This document shows, piece by piece, positions 38,345-47,577 of a DNA stretch of 64,000 bases (within the stretch, counting starts at the first letter, position 1; each line of letters opens with the position of its first letter). The stretch spans positions 352,001 to 416,000 of the forward strand of contig CAWDSK010000005.1 of assembly GCA_963804995.1 (NCBI GenBank), in the 5' to 3' direction. Both the position numbers and the translations under genes were made by a program. Under the pieces are notes generated by a model that did no database searches, had not been told where the DNA came from, and saw only the letters and a list, made by a program, of their open reading frames with translations. This stretch comes from an uncultured Acidobacteriota bacterium (lineage in GTDB: Bacteria; Acidobacteriota; Terriglobia; UBA7540).

Positions 38345-39178
38345 TTAGTAATCCTGCGGGAGCTTTTGCAGTTGCTCCATCGTGAAGACGGGGCCTTCTT
38401 TGCAGACGTAGACGGGGCCGGCATTGCAGCGTCCACACTTGCCCACGCCGCACTTCATCCGGTTTTCGAGGCTGGTGTAAACCGAATCCGTGCCGACGCC
38501 GAGCTTTTCCAGGATCGGCAAGGTGTTCTTGATCATGATGGGCGGGCCGATCACGAGCACCACGGAATTCTCCGCTGCCACCTTAGCGCGTTCGAAGACC
38601 GTGGGCACAAATCCCACTTCGCCTTTCCATTCCGGGGTCTGGCCTCCGGGGTCAACGCACTGGATCACCCTCACGCGATCGCGCTTGGCCCACTCCTCCA
38701 GCTCATCCACATAAACCAGATCGGCCACGGTTCGAGCCCCATAGACGATTGTGATGTCGCCGTACTTCTCCCGGTTCTCGAGCGCATACCAGACAGCGCA
38801 GCGAATGGGGGGCATGGCGATTCCACCGCCCAGGAAGATCAGGTCCTTGCCTTCCCATTTCTCCACGGGGTAGCCATTCCCGTACGGCCCGCGGAAACCG
38901 AGGGTATCGCCCTCCTCCACTCGCCACAGCGCTTCCGTAACGCGGCCGACCTTACGGAAGCAAAACTCCAGGGAATCCTTCCAATTCGAGCTGGAACAGA
39001 TATTGAAAGTCGATTCTCCATAGCCGAAAGCCGAGAAGATTCCGAACTGCCCCACGCGAAAATCAAAATGGCTGGCACGCTCCGGGCTCTGGAAACGGAT
39101 GCGCACGGATTTTACGTCCGGCGTTTGCTGCCGGACGCCCACCACTTCCATCAGATCGGGTGTATAGATATCAGGCAT
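38345..39178 (-). CDS. flxA: FAD/NAD(P)-binding 2Fe-2S subunit (FlxA / AsrB-like)
   Basis: GQF, RKVGRVT, FRGPYGNGYP, GGGIAMPPIR, YGART, GPPIM, SLENRMKCGVGKCGRC...VCKEGPVF. Confidence 0.85.
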   Translation of the reverse strand: MPDIYTPDLMEVVGVRQQTPDVKSVRIRFQSPERASHFDFRVGQFGIFSAFGYGESTFNICSSSNWKDSLEFCFRKVGRVTEALWRVEEGDTLGFRGPYGNGYPVEKWEGKDLIFLGGGIAMPPIRCAVWYALENREKYGDITIVYGARTVADLVYVDELEEWAKRDRVRVIQCVDPGGQTPEWKGEVGFVPTVFERAKVAAENSVVLVIGPPIMIKNTLPILEKLGVGTDSVYTSLENRMKCGVGKCGRCNAGPVYVCKEGPVFTMEQLQKLPQDY

Positions 39179-40163
39179 GTTCGATCCCAGTTAACAGGGT
39201 CAGCAATCCCTGTCCCTCAGGGCAATTCCGTGTACAGTTCCCGCAGCCGGTACAGAGAATCTCCCCAAACTTGTCAGGGTAAATGGAGAACTTGTGCAAC
39301 ACGCGCTGGCGCTGGCGCGACCCCTGATCAGGGCGTGGATTGTGCCCGGAAGCGTGCAAAGTGAATTGCGCGAACTGGCAGGAGTCCCAATTGCGCACGC
39401 GTTCGCCGTGCTGGCTGTTCCCTTCGTCCACGATATCGAAGCAATGGCAGGTGGGGCAATTGTAAGCGCAGGCCCCGCAGCCAAGGCAGGCGAGGGTCTC
39501 ATCTTGCCAGAAGGGGCTGAAGAAATGCTCGTCAACAAATTGCTTGATATGCTGGGGACTGAACCAAGGCTTCGGTCCCTTGCTGGGCGGCGCAGTGCGT
39601 TCGGAAGCGTGCGTTCTCCCGGCGAACAAGGCCCGCCCTTTGTCCGTGAGGCAGCGCACCTCGAACTCCTCGCCGAGGTCGAACAGCATCACGTCGCTTC
39701 CGCGCTCCGCCTGGGGGCCGAGCCCTAGGGAGGTGCAGAAACATGACTCGTCGTACGACGCACAGGCGAGCGTAACCACCGTTGTCGCCTCGCGCCGCCG
39801 GTTGTACAGTTCGTCGCGACAGTCCCAGTTAAAGACATGATCGAGGATGGGCAAGGCTGCGGCGTCACAGGGCCGCACTCCGAGCAGTATTTGCGCAGGA
39901 ATTTTCCCCCCACCGTTCGTCAATACCACGCGGTTGCCATCCATTTGATAACGGCAAAGCAATTCGTGGCGGGGAAACACGAACTCCTTCACGGAATTCG
40001 CCGGGCGCACGAATCCTTCCCAGACGATGTCGTCGGCGGAAGCCAGGGGCGCGTACAAGACCAGGCCAGGCTTGGTTTGTACAGGCCCTGCAACCACCTT
40101 GCTCTGGGCAATCCATTTCTTCGCGAGTTCCCGCAAGGCCGCCTTGGTCACGATTTCGCTCAT
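39171..40163 (-). CDS. flxB: 4Fe-4S dicluster protein (FlxB / AsrA-like)
   Basis: GVRPCDA, CFCTS, CLGCGACAYNCPTCHCF, RNWDSC, CTGCGNCTRNCP. Confidence 0.85.
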   Translation of the reverse strand: MSEIVTKAALRELAKKWIAQSKVVAGPVQTKPGLVLYAPLASADDIVWEGFVRPANSVKEFVFPRHELLCRYQMDGNRVVLTNGGGKIPAQILLGVRPCDAAALPILDHVFNWDCRDELYNRRREATTVVTLACASYDESCFCTSLGLGPQAERGSDVMLFDLGEEFEVRCLTDKGRALFAGRTHASERTAPPSKGPKPWFSPQHIKQFVDEHFFSPFWQDETLACLGCGACAYNCPTCHCFDIVDEGNSQHGERVRNWDSCQFAQFTLHASGHNPRPDQGSRQRQRVLHKFSIYPDKFGEILCTGCGNCTRNCPEGQGLLTLLTGIEHA

Positions 40164-41467
40164 CGGATAAAGTCCTCCTTATCCGTAAGCGCGTAGGTGC
40201 CAATCAAAGGCTCAACTTTGGGATCCATGCCCGCTTGATAGGCGAAGTTCTTCTCGGCGGCGCGGGCCAGAGTGAGATTCAGCAAGCCCAGGGGAATACC
40301 CGCGGGACACGCTCGCGTGCATTCACCGCACCCTACGCAGCGGCCCGCCAGGTGGAAGGCACGCGTAATGTGCCAGGCGAAGTTTCCCTTGGGCGTGGCC
40401 GAGGTATCAATCGCCACCGGCCGGTTCTTGTCCGCAATGCAGCGCTCGCAGTAACACAGAGGGCATACCTGGCGGCAGGCATAGCACTTCACGCAGCGCT
40501 CGAATTCGTTAGCCCAAAATGACATGCGCTCCGCAGGAGTCTTCTGCATTAGGGCGTCGAGCGCGCCGGCCATTGGGGGCGCGGGCGGCGGGGCAGCGGC
40601 CTCGCCAATAATCTCATCCGCGAAACGCGGCTGGTGCACTTTGCAGGTGTCGCACTTGGGTTGCCCCATGCTGTCACAGGCCATGCCGATCACGCGCAAC
40701 GCCTGGCGATCGATTTGCGATTCCTTTTCCAGAATCACCAACCCGCGCTCGTCGCACCCTTTCACCACCGCCGCGGCCTTGCCCAGGCGTTTGATTTCCT
40801 TGCGCTTGAGGTAAGTTGTCAGATTGGCATGGCAGTCCGTGTTCCAAACCAGCTTGCCCGCGTCCTCCGCGCGCCGGATGAACACCGGCCCACCGGCGGC
40901 ATAACCTATCACTACCTGGACAGTTCCATCAGTAAGTAGCCGGGTGCAAGTTTCACGCAGTTGCTCCTCCTGGGCTGCCATGTCGGATTTGGCGGGAACG
41001 GGCGGCTTCGGTGGCGCAGGCAAAGCAGGACGCCGAAATCCGTTCTTCTGATACAGCTCCCGATACGGACCGAGCTTACGAGTTTCCTCGGTGATGCGCG
41101 TGATCTCTTCCTGCCACTTCCGTCCTTCGGCGGCGGAGATCCAGGTGAAGTGAATGCGCCGCAGGTCGAATCCCAGCGTGTCCAGCAATTCCCGGAAAAG
41201 GATCCAGCGGCGGCGCGCGTGGTAGTTGCCCGCAGTGTAGTGGCAATCGCCGGGATGGCAGCCTGACACCAGCACGGCGTCGGCGCCAATTTCGAAAGCC
41301 TTAATCAACAGGTTGAAATCGATCCTCCCGGTGCAGGGCAGGCGGATGATGCGAACGTTGGCGGGGTATTCCAGGCGCGTGGTGCCCGCCAAGTCCGCCC
41401 CCAGGTACGTGCACCAGTTGCACACGTAGGCGACAATTTTTGGTTCGAATTGATTCACTTCATTCAT
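40160..41467 (-). CDS. flxCD: MvhD-like FlxD fused to the 4Fe-4S FlxC domain
   Basis: N-terminal CNWCTYLGAD, PCTGR, GCHPGDCHY, WISAAEG; C-terminal CVKCYACRQVCPLCYC and HLAGRCVGCGECTRACP. Confidence 0.85.
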   Translation of the reverse strand: MNEVNQFEPKIVAYVCNWCTYLGADLAGTTRLEYPANVRIIRLPCTGRIDFNLLIKAFEIGADAVLVSGCHPGDCHYTAGNYHARRRWILFRELLDTLGFDLRRIHFTWISAAEGRKWQEEITRITEETRKLGPYRELYQKNGFRRPALPAPPKPPVPAKSDMAAQEEQLRETCTRLLTDGTVQVVIGYAAGGPVFIRRAEDAGKLVWNTDCHANLTTYLKRKEIKRLGKAAAVVKGCDERGLVILEKESQIDRQALRVIGMACDSMGQPKCDTCKVHQPRFADEIIGEAAAPPPAPPMAGALDALMQKTPAERMSFWANEFERCVKCYACRQVCPLCYCERCIADKNRPVAIDTSATPKGNFAWHITRAFHLAGRCVGCGECTRACPAGIPLGLLNLTLARAAEKNFAYQAGMDPKVEPLIGTYALTDKEDFIR

Positions 41468-41504
41468 GCCGTACTCTCAATCGTAACGCCGGCTCCGTGC
41501 CGAA

Positions 41505-41729
41505 CGTGCCACGGGCATCCGAAGCTGTGAAGAAATCCCTGAACGAGCAAATGCATCTCGCGCAGAGACGCAGAGGCCGCAAAGAAGACAAATCAGTTAT
41601 TTGCTTAAGATCTCTGCGCCCCAGTGACTCTGCGCGAGATTGTCGATTTTTTCACAGCTTCTCCTGCCCGTGCTCGAGCATGGCCGGGACGGCCATGGCA
41701 CTCCAGGTCACGGCCAGGATGGCCGTGGT
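41505..41729. repeat. Cluster of GTGC-footed REP hairpins (consensus GTGCCAYGGSCRTCCYGSCCRTG), one split by a MITE and one duplicated by an IS
   Basis: REP1 = 41506-41520 plus 41665-41672; REP2 = 41679-41701 (reverse); REP3 = 41707-41729 and 43560-43584 (reverse). Confidence 0.8.
41521..41661. mobile_element. MITE with 15-bp TIRs and 3-bp TSD inserted in a REP loop
   Basis: GAAGCTGTGAAGAAA / TTTTTTCACAGCTTC; TCC duplicated at 41518-41520 and 41662-41664. Removal restores CACGGGCATCCTGCCCGTG. Internal inverted repeat CTCGCGCAGAG...CTCTGCGCGAG. Confidence 0.8.
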
Positions 41730-41829
41730 CTGGAGTTTCTACATTTAGGTCTGGCAAAGTAAGATTTCTATTGACAGACCTCCCTGATTTCCGTTACCTT
41801 CCTCCTGAGTCCTGGCTCCGGAGGTTAAC

Positions 41830-42165
41830 TTGCCTGACGATCTCAAGGATTCCATTCTTTCGATATTCGAGGCCTCACTGGATGCCCAGTTGCGGGCGGT
41901 TCGCCGTCTCCGCGGCGGTTCCCCAGCCCCCGCCCCGAGGCCGCGCCGCACAGGTCTGTCCCAAGTGGACATGGCGTACGACATACTCAAGAAGGCCCGT
42001 ACCCCCTTGCACATTTCCGAACTCCTGGCGCGCCTCCGCGCCGCCTTCTACGTCACCGTCGATCGCGAGAGCCTGGTCTCTTCGCTGACCAAAAAAGTCG
42101 CCCGCGGCGATCGCTTCCTGCGTACCGGGAAGAACACTTTCGGCTTACGTCCGGAGGCCCGATGA
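41830..42165 (+). CDS. IS-encoded winged-helix protein (HARE-HTH-like)
   Basis: SQVDMAYDILKKARTPLHISELL...SLVSSL...DRFLRTGKNTFGL; RBS GGAGG; ATGA overlap with the transposase; TTGACA-18-TACCTT upstream inside the IS. Confidence 0.75.
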   Translation: MPDDLKDSILSIFEASLDAQLRAVRRLRGGSPAPAPRPRRTGLSQVDMAYDILKKARTPLHISELLARLRAAFYVTVDRESLVSSLTKKVARGDRFLRTGKNTFGLRPEAR

Positions 42166-43541
42166 CTCTGTTCGCCGCCTGGTCGGAGATCGTGGCGGAC
42201 TGGGCCCCCACTTTTCCCCAGCAGCGCACCCTGCAGCGCGCCGTGCGCCAGGCCCTGGGCGCCTTGGTCTGCGTGGGTCGACGCTGTCTTTCGCGTATCC
42301 TCTGGACCCAGGGCCGCCAGCAGCGCAGTTGGTCGAGCGAATACTTTCTCCACTCGCGTTGTCACTGGGAACCGCAGACGTTGTTTGCCGGCGTCTGGCG
42401 CCGCGCCTTGCCCTATTGTCCCGGCCGCCTGGTGGGCGTGGCCGTCGACGACACCCGCCTGCGCAAGACCGGCCGCGCCATTCCCCAGGCGCGTTATCAC
42501 CGCGATCCCCTCTCGCCCCCCTTTCATGTCAACCTCCTGCGCGGCGTGCGCTTTCTGCAAGCTTCCCTGCTGCTGCCCCTGCATCGGCACGCCCCCGCCA
42601 GCTGCCGCGCTCTGCCCGTGCGCTTTGAAGAGGCGGCGCCGCTGAAAAAGCCCTCCCGCAAGGCGAAAGAGGAAGCCTGGCAGGAATATAAAAGGATGCG
42701 CAAGCTCCACAACCTCTCGCAGCGTTTTGTGCAGAGCGTGGCCCCCTTGCGCCAGGCGCTGGATGCGGCCGGGGGTGGGGCCAAGCTGCTGGTGCTGGCT
42801 CTGGATGGCAGCTTCTGCAACCGCACCTGTCTGCGCGCCCCCCGCGATCGCACCGAGTTGATCGCCCGCGCCCGCAAGGATGCGCGCCTCGGCTTTCGCG
42901 CTCCCCAGCCTTCTCGCCGCTTTTACGCCCTCTCCACCTTTACCCCCGAACAGGTCCGGCAGGACGAGTCCCACCTCTGGCAGCAAACCAAGCTCTTCTA
43001 CGGAGGCAAGCGCCGCCGCCTCCGTTATAAAGAGGTGTCGCAAGTCTACTGGCGTCGGGGCGCCGGCCAGATCCCCCTGCGGCTCTTCGTCGTGGCTCCT
43101 ACCCCCTATCGCAAACGGAAGAGCTCCAGACTCTACTACCGTCAACCGGCCTACCTGCTGACCACCGACCTGCGGCACTCTGCCCCTCAGTTGCTGCAAA
43201 TCTACTTCGACCGCTGGCAGATCGAAGTCAACCACCGCGACGAGAAGGAGACGCTGGGTGTCGGACAAGCCCAGTTATGGAACGTTAACGCCGTGCCCAA
43301 GCAACCTGCCCTGGTCGTGGCCGCCTACAGCGCGCTGCTCCTGGCTTCTCTCCAAGCCTTCGGCACCGAGCGTGGCACGGCCTATCAGGCTCTGCCCCGG
43401 TGGCGACGCAAGGCCCACCGCCCTTCCTGCCTCAACCTCGTCACCCTGCTGCGCCAAGAAATGGTCGACCACCCGGAATGTCCCCAATCTCTGGGCTTCC
43501 AACTCACCGACCGCGCCCTCACCCACGCCGCTGATGCATAA
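42162..43541 (+). CDS. DDE transposase, IS701/IS4 superfamily
   Basis: VAVDDTRLRKTG (D1), LALDGSF (D2), YLLTTD and YFDRWQIEVNHRDEK (YREK-like E motif). Confidence 0.9.
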   Translation: MTLFAAWSEIVADWAPTFPQQRTLQRAVRQALGALVCVGRRCLSRILWTQGRQQRSWSSEYFLHSRCHWEPQTLFAGVWRRALPYCPGRLVGVAVDDTRLRKTGRAIPQARYHRDPLSPPFHVNLLRGVRFLQASLLLPLHRHAPASCRALPVRFEEAAPLKKPSRKAKEEAWQEYKRMRKLHNLSQRFVQSVAPLRQALDAAGGGAKLLVLALDGSFCNRTCLRAPRDRTELIARARKDARLGFRAPQPSRRFYALSTFTPEQVRQDESHLWQQTKLFYGGKRRRLRYKEVSQVYWRRGAGQIPLRLFVVAPTPYRKRKSSRLYYRQPAYLLTTDLRHSAPQLLQIYFDRWQIEVNHRDEKETLGVGQAQLWNVNAVPKQPALVVAAYSALLLASLQAFGTERGTAYQALPRWRRKAHRPSCLNLVTLLRQEMVDHPECPQSLGFQLTDRALTHAADA

Positions 43542-43591
43542 TAAATGTAGAAACTCCAGGTCACGGCCAGGATGGCCGTGGCACGTCTCGC

Positions 43592-45589
43592 TCATGCCAA
43601 ACTCTCAACCATCGAGTAAATCTGCTGCTCGGTGAAACCTTCCAGCTCCGCGCTCTTCGAGGGGCACACCGCCACACAGGTGCCGCATCCCATGCACAGT
43701 CCGGGATTCACGCGGGCCGTCTTCTTTACCAACACGCCGCGCGGGGTACGAACTTCCGCCTGCTCGATGGCGTGATAAGGGCAGGTGCGGTAGCACGTGA
43801 AACAGGCGGCGCAGGTCTGTTCGTTGATCTGGGCTATTTCAGGCTCGCGCGTCAACTCTTCAGCGGCGAAGAGGATTTGCGTTTTGGCGGCAGCGGCGGA
43901 GGCTTGCGCGACGGCCTCCGGAATGTCCTTGGGACTGTGGCACGCACCGCAAATAAACACGCCCGCCGCATTGGTCTCTACCGGACGCAGCTTCGGGTGC
44001 GACTCCAGCAAAAAGCCGTGCTCGTCATATCCCACGTTCAACATGCGGGCAAGGTCAGTGACCCCCGGCGAGGGGCGCATGGCCGCGGCCAGCACCACCA
44101 GGTCAGCCTCAATTGTCACTGGCGTTCCCGCCAGCGTATCCGCGCCGCGCACGATGAGCTTGCCGTTCTGCTCGGTGATTTTTGACACACGGCCTCGATA
44201 ATACTTGGCGCCGTCCTGCTCGATGGCGCGGCGGACAAACTCCTCGTATCCCTTTCCACCAGAGCGGATGTCCATGTAAAAGACGTGCGCCTGGCCGTCA
44301 TGCACTTTGTGTTTGTAAAGCATGGTGTGCTTGGCGGTGTACATGCAGCAGATCTTCGAGCAATAGGACATGCCCTTGGCGGTGTCGCGCGACCCCACGC
44401 AACTGATGAACACTACGTTTTTCGGCTCTTTCCCGTCCGACGGCCGCTTGATCACGCCGTTCGTAGGGCCTGACGCCGAAACCAGCCGCTCAAATTGCAA
44501 GGAGTCGATAACGTCCTTGTATTTGCCATAACCGTATTCGCCGTAGCCCGCCAGCTTTCCGGTCTGCTGCTTGCCGATGTCGTAAAGCTGATAGCCCGTG
44601 GCCATCACGATGGCGCCCACCTTTTCTTCCACAATCTTGTCGGTGTCCTGGAAGTTGATGGCTCCCGCCTGGCATTTCTTGGCGCACAGGCCACAGCCGT
44701 TGCGGATCAGCTTGGCACAGGTTTTACTATCAATTACGGGGCGCGCCGGCACCGCTTGCGGAAAGGGAACGTAAATCGCCGGGCGCATACCCATCTTATA
44801 GTCGAACTCGCTGGGATTGCGCTTCAGCGGGCACACATTCCAGCACTCGCCGCAGCCCGTACACTTGGAGATATCGACGTATCGGGCTTTTTGCCTGATT
44901 TTCACCGTGAAGTTGCCGACAAAGCCCTCCACGGATTCAACCTCTGAATAGGTGTTCAGGGATATTCGGGGGTGTTGCGCCGTATCCACCATGCGCGGGG
45001 TCAAAATGCATTGCGAACAATCGAGGGTGGGAAAAGTTTCCGAGAGCCCCGCCATCTTGCCGCCGATCGAGGGTTCGCGCTCAACCATCACCACTTCGTA
45101 GCCCGCGTCGGCAATGTCAAGTGCCGCCTGGATTCCCGCCACTCCCCCGCCAATCACCATCGCGCGCCGCGTAACTGGAACGCGGATGGCCTTTAGCGCG
45201 TGATTCTGCCGCACTTTCTCAACCGACATGCGGATGATCTCCGCGGCCTTGGCAGTGGCCTGGCTGCGGTCGTGATGGACCCACGAGCAATGCTCACGGA
45301 TGTTGGCCATCTCTACCAGGTAGGGATTGAGTCCGGCTCTCTCGGCCGTCTTGCGGAAGGTCTTCAGATGCATGTGCGGCGAACAGGAGGCCACCACCAC
45401 CGCGTCCAATTTCTCTGACGCTATCTTCTCGCGGATCATCGCCTGGCCCGGATCCGAGCACATATACTTGTAATGCACGGAGCAGCGGACGCCCGGGATT
45501 TTGGCCGCGGCGTTCGCGACTTCCGCCACGTCGACCGTGCGCGCGATGTTCTCACCACACCAGCAGACGAAGACCCCAATCCTCAACAT
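43592..45589 (-). CDS. hdrA: Heterodisulfide reductase subunit A
   Basis: RIGVFVCWCG, YMCSDPGQ, ANIREHCSWVH, VIGGGVAG, ETFPTLDCSQCILTP, two ferredoxin inserts, CVGSRD..YCSKICCMY, HPKLRPVET, PKDIP. Confidence 0.96.
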   Translation of the reverse strand: MLRIGVFVCWCGENIARTVDVAEVANAAAKIPGVRCSVHYKYMCSDPGQAMIREKIASEKLDAVVVASCSPHMHLKTFRKTAERAGLNPYLVEMANIREHCSWVHHDRSQATAKAAEIIRMSVEKVRQNHALKAIRVPVTRRAMVIGGGVAGIQAALDIADAGYEVVMVEREPSIGGKMAGLSETFPTLDCSQCILTPRMVDTAQHPRISLNTYSEVESVEGFVGNFTVKIRQKARYVDISKCTGCGECWNVCPLKRNPSEFDYKMGMRPAIYVPFPQAVPARPVIDSKTCAKLIRNGCGLCAKKCQAGAINFQDTDKIVEEKVGAIVMATGYQLYDIGKQQTGKLAGYGEYGYGKYKDVIDSLQFERLVSASGPTNGVIKRPSDGKEPKNVVFISCVGSRDTAKGMSYCSKICCMYTAKHTMLYKHKVHDGQAHVFYMDIRSGGKGYEEFVRRAIEQDGAKYYRGRVSKITEQNGKLIVRGADTLAGTPVTIEADLVVLAAAMRPSPGVTDLARMLNVGYDEHGFLLESHPKLRPVETNAAGVFICGACHSPKDIPEAVAQASAAAAKTQILFAAEELTREPEIAQINEQTCAACFTCYRTCPYHAIEQAEVRTPRGVLVKKTARVNPGLCMGCGTCVAVCPSKSAELEGFTEQQIYSMVESLA

Positions 45590-45594
45590 AGTCG

Positions 45595-46437
45595 TTACGC
45601 TTTCTTCACAAAGTGCCGGTCGATCCCCAGTTCTACCGCGCTGAGACCCATGGCCAGCCCTACCAGGTCAGTCAGGTAATACACGGGCAAACCATAACGT
45701 TCGGCGGAGTGCCGTTCGATGTCGCCCTGCTTCATATCCAGGTTCACGTGGCACATGGGGCAGGCCGTCACCAGGCAGTTGGCTCCGTGCTGTTGGGCAT
45801 CCGCCAGGATGCGCTGGCTCAAATCCAAGACTGTCTCTTCCCGCGCCATGGTCATGCCGGCACCGCAACACTCAGTGCGATAATTCCAGTCGACGGGCTT
45901 GGCCCCCAACACTGCCACGATAGCTTCCATGGAACTGGGTTGCTCGGGATCGTCGAACTCCACCACGTCCGGTGGGCGCGTGAGCAGGCAGCCGTAGTAG
46001 CACGCTGGTTTGAGGTCGGCGAGCGGATTCTTTACGGCCGGCTTGATGCGGTCAAGTCCAATACGTTGGAAAACCTGGAGGAGGTTCAGCACCTTGACGC
46101 GGCCATTGACATCTGCTTCGATGACCGAGGAGATTTCCCGGCGTAAACTGGCATCCTTATCCATCAGCTTGGCTGCCTTCAGCAACTGCATCGAGCACAT
46201 GGGGCAGGGAGCAAGCAGTTCCTCAAACCCTTGCTGCTCGGCTAGCGCCAGGTTGCGGGCGGGGAGGGCGATTGAAAGCTTGTGGTTCAGCGCGTGGGCC
46301 GCGGTGGCGCCACAACAAATCCACTCTTTGATTTCCTGTGGTTCAACCTCCAGCTTGGCGAGGCACGCCCGCAGCGATTGCTCATAGTCATTGGAGGAGC
46401 CATGCAGCGCACATCCGGGATAATAGGCCAGCCTCAT
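45595..46437 (-). CDS. hdrB: Heterodisulfide reductase subunit B (CCG domains)
   Basis: YYPGCAL, WICCGA, PCPMC, YYGCLLTRP, ECCGAG, ACPMCHVNLD. Confidence 0.95.
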   Translation of the reverse strand: MRLAYYPGCALHGSSNDYEQSLRACLAKLEVEPQEIKEWICCGATAAHALNHKLSIALPARNLALAEQQGFEELLAPCPMCSMQLLKAAKLMDKDASLRREISSVIEADVNGRVKVLNLLQVFQRIGLDRIKPAVKNPLADLKPACYYGCLLTRPPDVVEFDDPEQPSSMEAIVAVLGAKPVDWNYRTECCGAGMTMAREETVLDLSQRILADAQQHGANCLVTACPMCHVNLDMKQGDIERHSAERYGLPVYYLTDLVGLAMGLSAVELGIDRHFVKKA

Positions 46438-46443
46438 GCGTTT

Positions 46444-47214
46444 TTACCGTCCGCCCTTGCGGCCCAGAGCTACGCTCACACCGAGGGGGGTATCCACAGC
46501 CTCCGGGCGGGGGGTCGCGCAACGCTCGAAGATTCGGCGCACGACGGCGCGGTCCTTAACCTTTTCACCGCGCAGGTGCAGCTTGTGGCGCTTCTGCAAC
46601 TCCGGCGCCAAGCCCGCATCCTTGAACAGGAATCGCAAGCTGCGTTCGGAGGGTAGCGCCCGAAGCTTGAATTCCGCGATCAGCTCAATTTCATCCAATC
46701 GGCCATTGCGCCGGATGTTATTAAGGAACGCCTGTTGGAACGCCACAATGCTCTTTTGCGCAGGTGAAGAAATGCCTTGCCGGAGTGAGCCTTCGCGCAA
46801 GGCGTCCATGATGCCGGCGCAATCGACGGATTGGGGGCAGCGCGTCGAGCAAGTCTGGCAGGATACGCACGTCCAAATTGTGTCTGAGGCCATCGCCTTC
46901 TCGAAGTTGCCGAGTTGGAGGGCGCGCACGACCTGGTTGGGCGGCATGTCCACGCCGACGGCCACAGGGCAGCCTGCCGTGCATTTGCCGCACTGGTAGC
47001 AATCCTTCCAATGCATCGGGGCGAGGCTTTCGATTAGTACTGGGTCGAAGCAGTTTTCAGGGGCCGAAGGTTCCACAGGGTCCGTAGTTTCTGCAGGAGT
47101 CACGAAGGCAGGCGCAATGTGGGGTACAACACTCAAGCCAATCGTGATCGTCCGTACAGGCAATTGTGGCACCAGCGGCGACAGATGTCGAGAGACAGAA
47201 GGTCTTAGCGCCAT
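46444..47214 (-). CDS. hdrC: Heterodisulfide reductase subunit C (true start probably downstream of 47214)
   Basis: CYQCGKCTAGCP and IWTCVSCQTCSTRCP, F...I..NGRLDE. Confidence 0.92.
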   Translation of the reverse strand: MALRPSVSRHLSPLVPQLPVRTITIGLSVVPHIAPAFVTPAETTDPVEPSAPENCFDPVLIESLAPMHWKDCYQCGKCTAGCPVAVGVDMPPNQVVRALQLGNFEKAMASDTIWTCVSCQTCSTRCPQSVDCAGIMDALREGSLRQGISSPAQKSIVAFQQAFLNNIRRNGRLDEIELIAEFKLRALPSERSLRFLFKDAGLAPELQKRHKLHLRGEKVKDRAVVRRIFERCATPRPEAVDTPLGVSVALGRKGGR

Positions 47215-47577
47215 AAGGTCACAGTGTCAGGTTGTCATTGCCCTGATTCACTCCGGCGCCTTCCCGAATCGGCCGGCCACCGCGCTCCGGCCAACCGCTC
47301 CAGCCCAGCTTTTTCCCGTCCATACAAGCCGACAAAAAGCCTCATCGCCCCATTTTTTTTGAACAGCTAGCCACCATATGGTATAAGGTGGATTAGCTAT
47401 CACAAGATGTAGTATGCCTGTGAATTCCGATCAAGCCGCAACTTGACTTGGGCCAACCCCAGATATATCCTGTGGACACTAATGTTTAGGGACAATTAAG
47501 CGACGATTGCACACAGGCAGGGCGTCTAAGGTTGGCGCAGCGGCTGATCTTCTAAGAGGGCGGGTAGAAGATGTTGC

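Larger units (their letters stand above)
41730..43559 (+). mobile_element. Two-gene insertion sequence (IS701/IS4-type DDE) with perfect 18-bp TIRs and 22-23-bp flanking direct repeat
   Basis: CTGGAGTTTCTACATTTA (41730-41747) / TAAATGTAGAAACTCCAG (43542-43559). GTCACGGCCAGGATGGCCGTGG occurs at 41707-41728 and 43560-43581. Confidence 0.92.

Noticed and set aside
40160..45589. Selenocysteine recoding in HdrA or FlxD
   Set aside because: Both are open without in-frame TGA, and the relevant positions are Cys.
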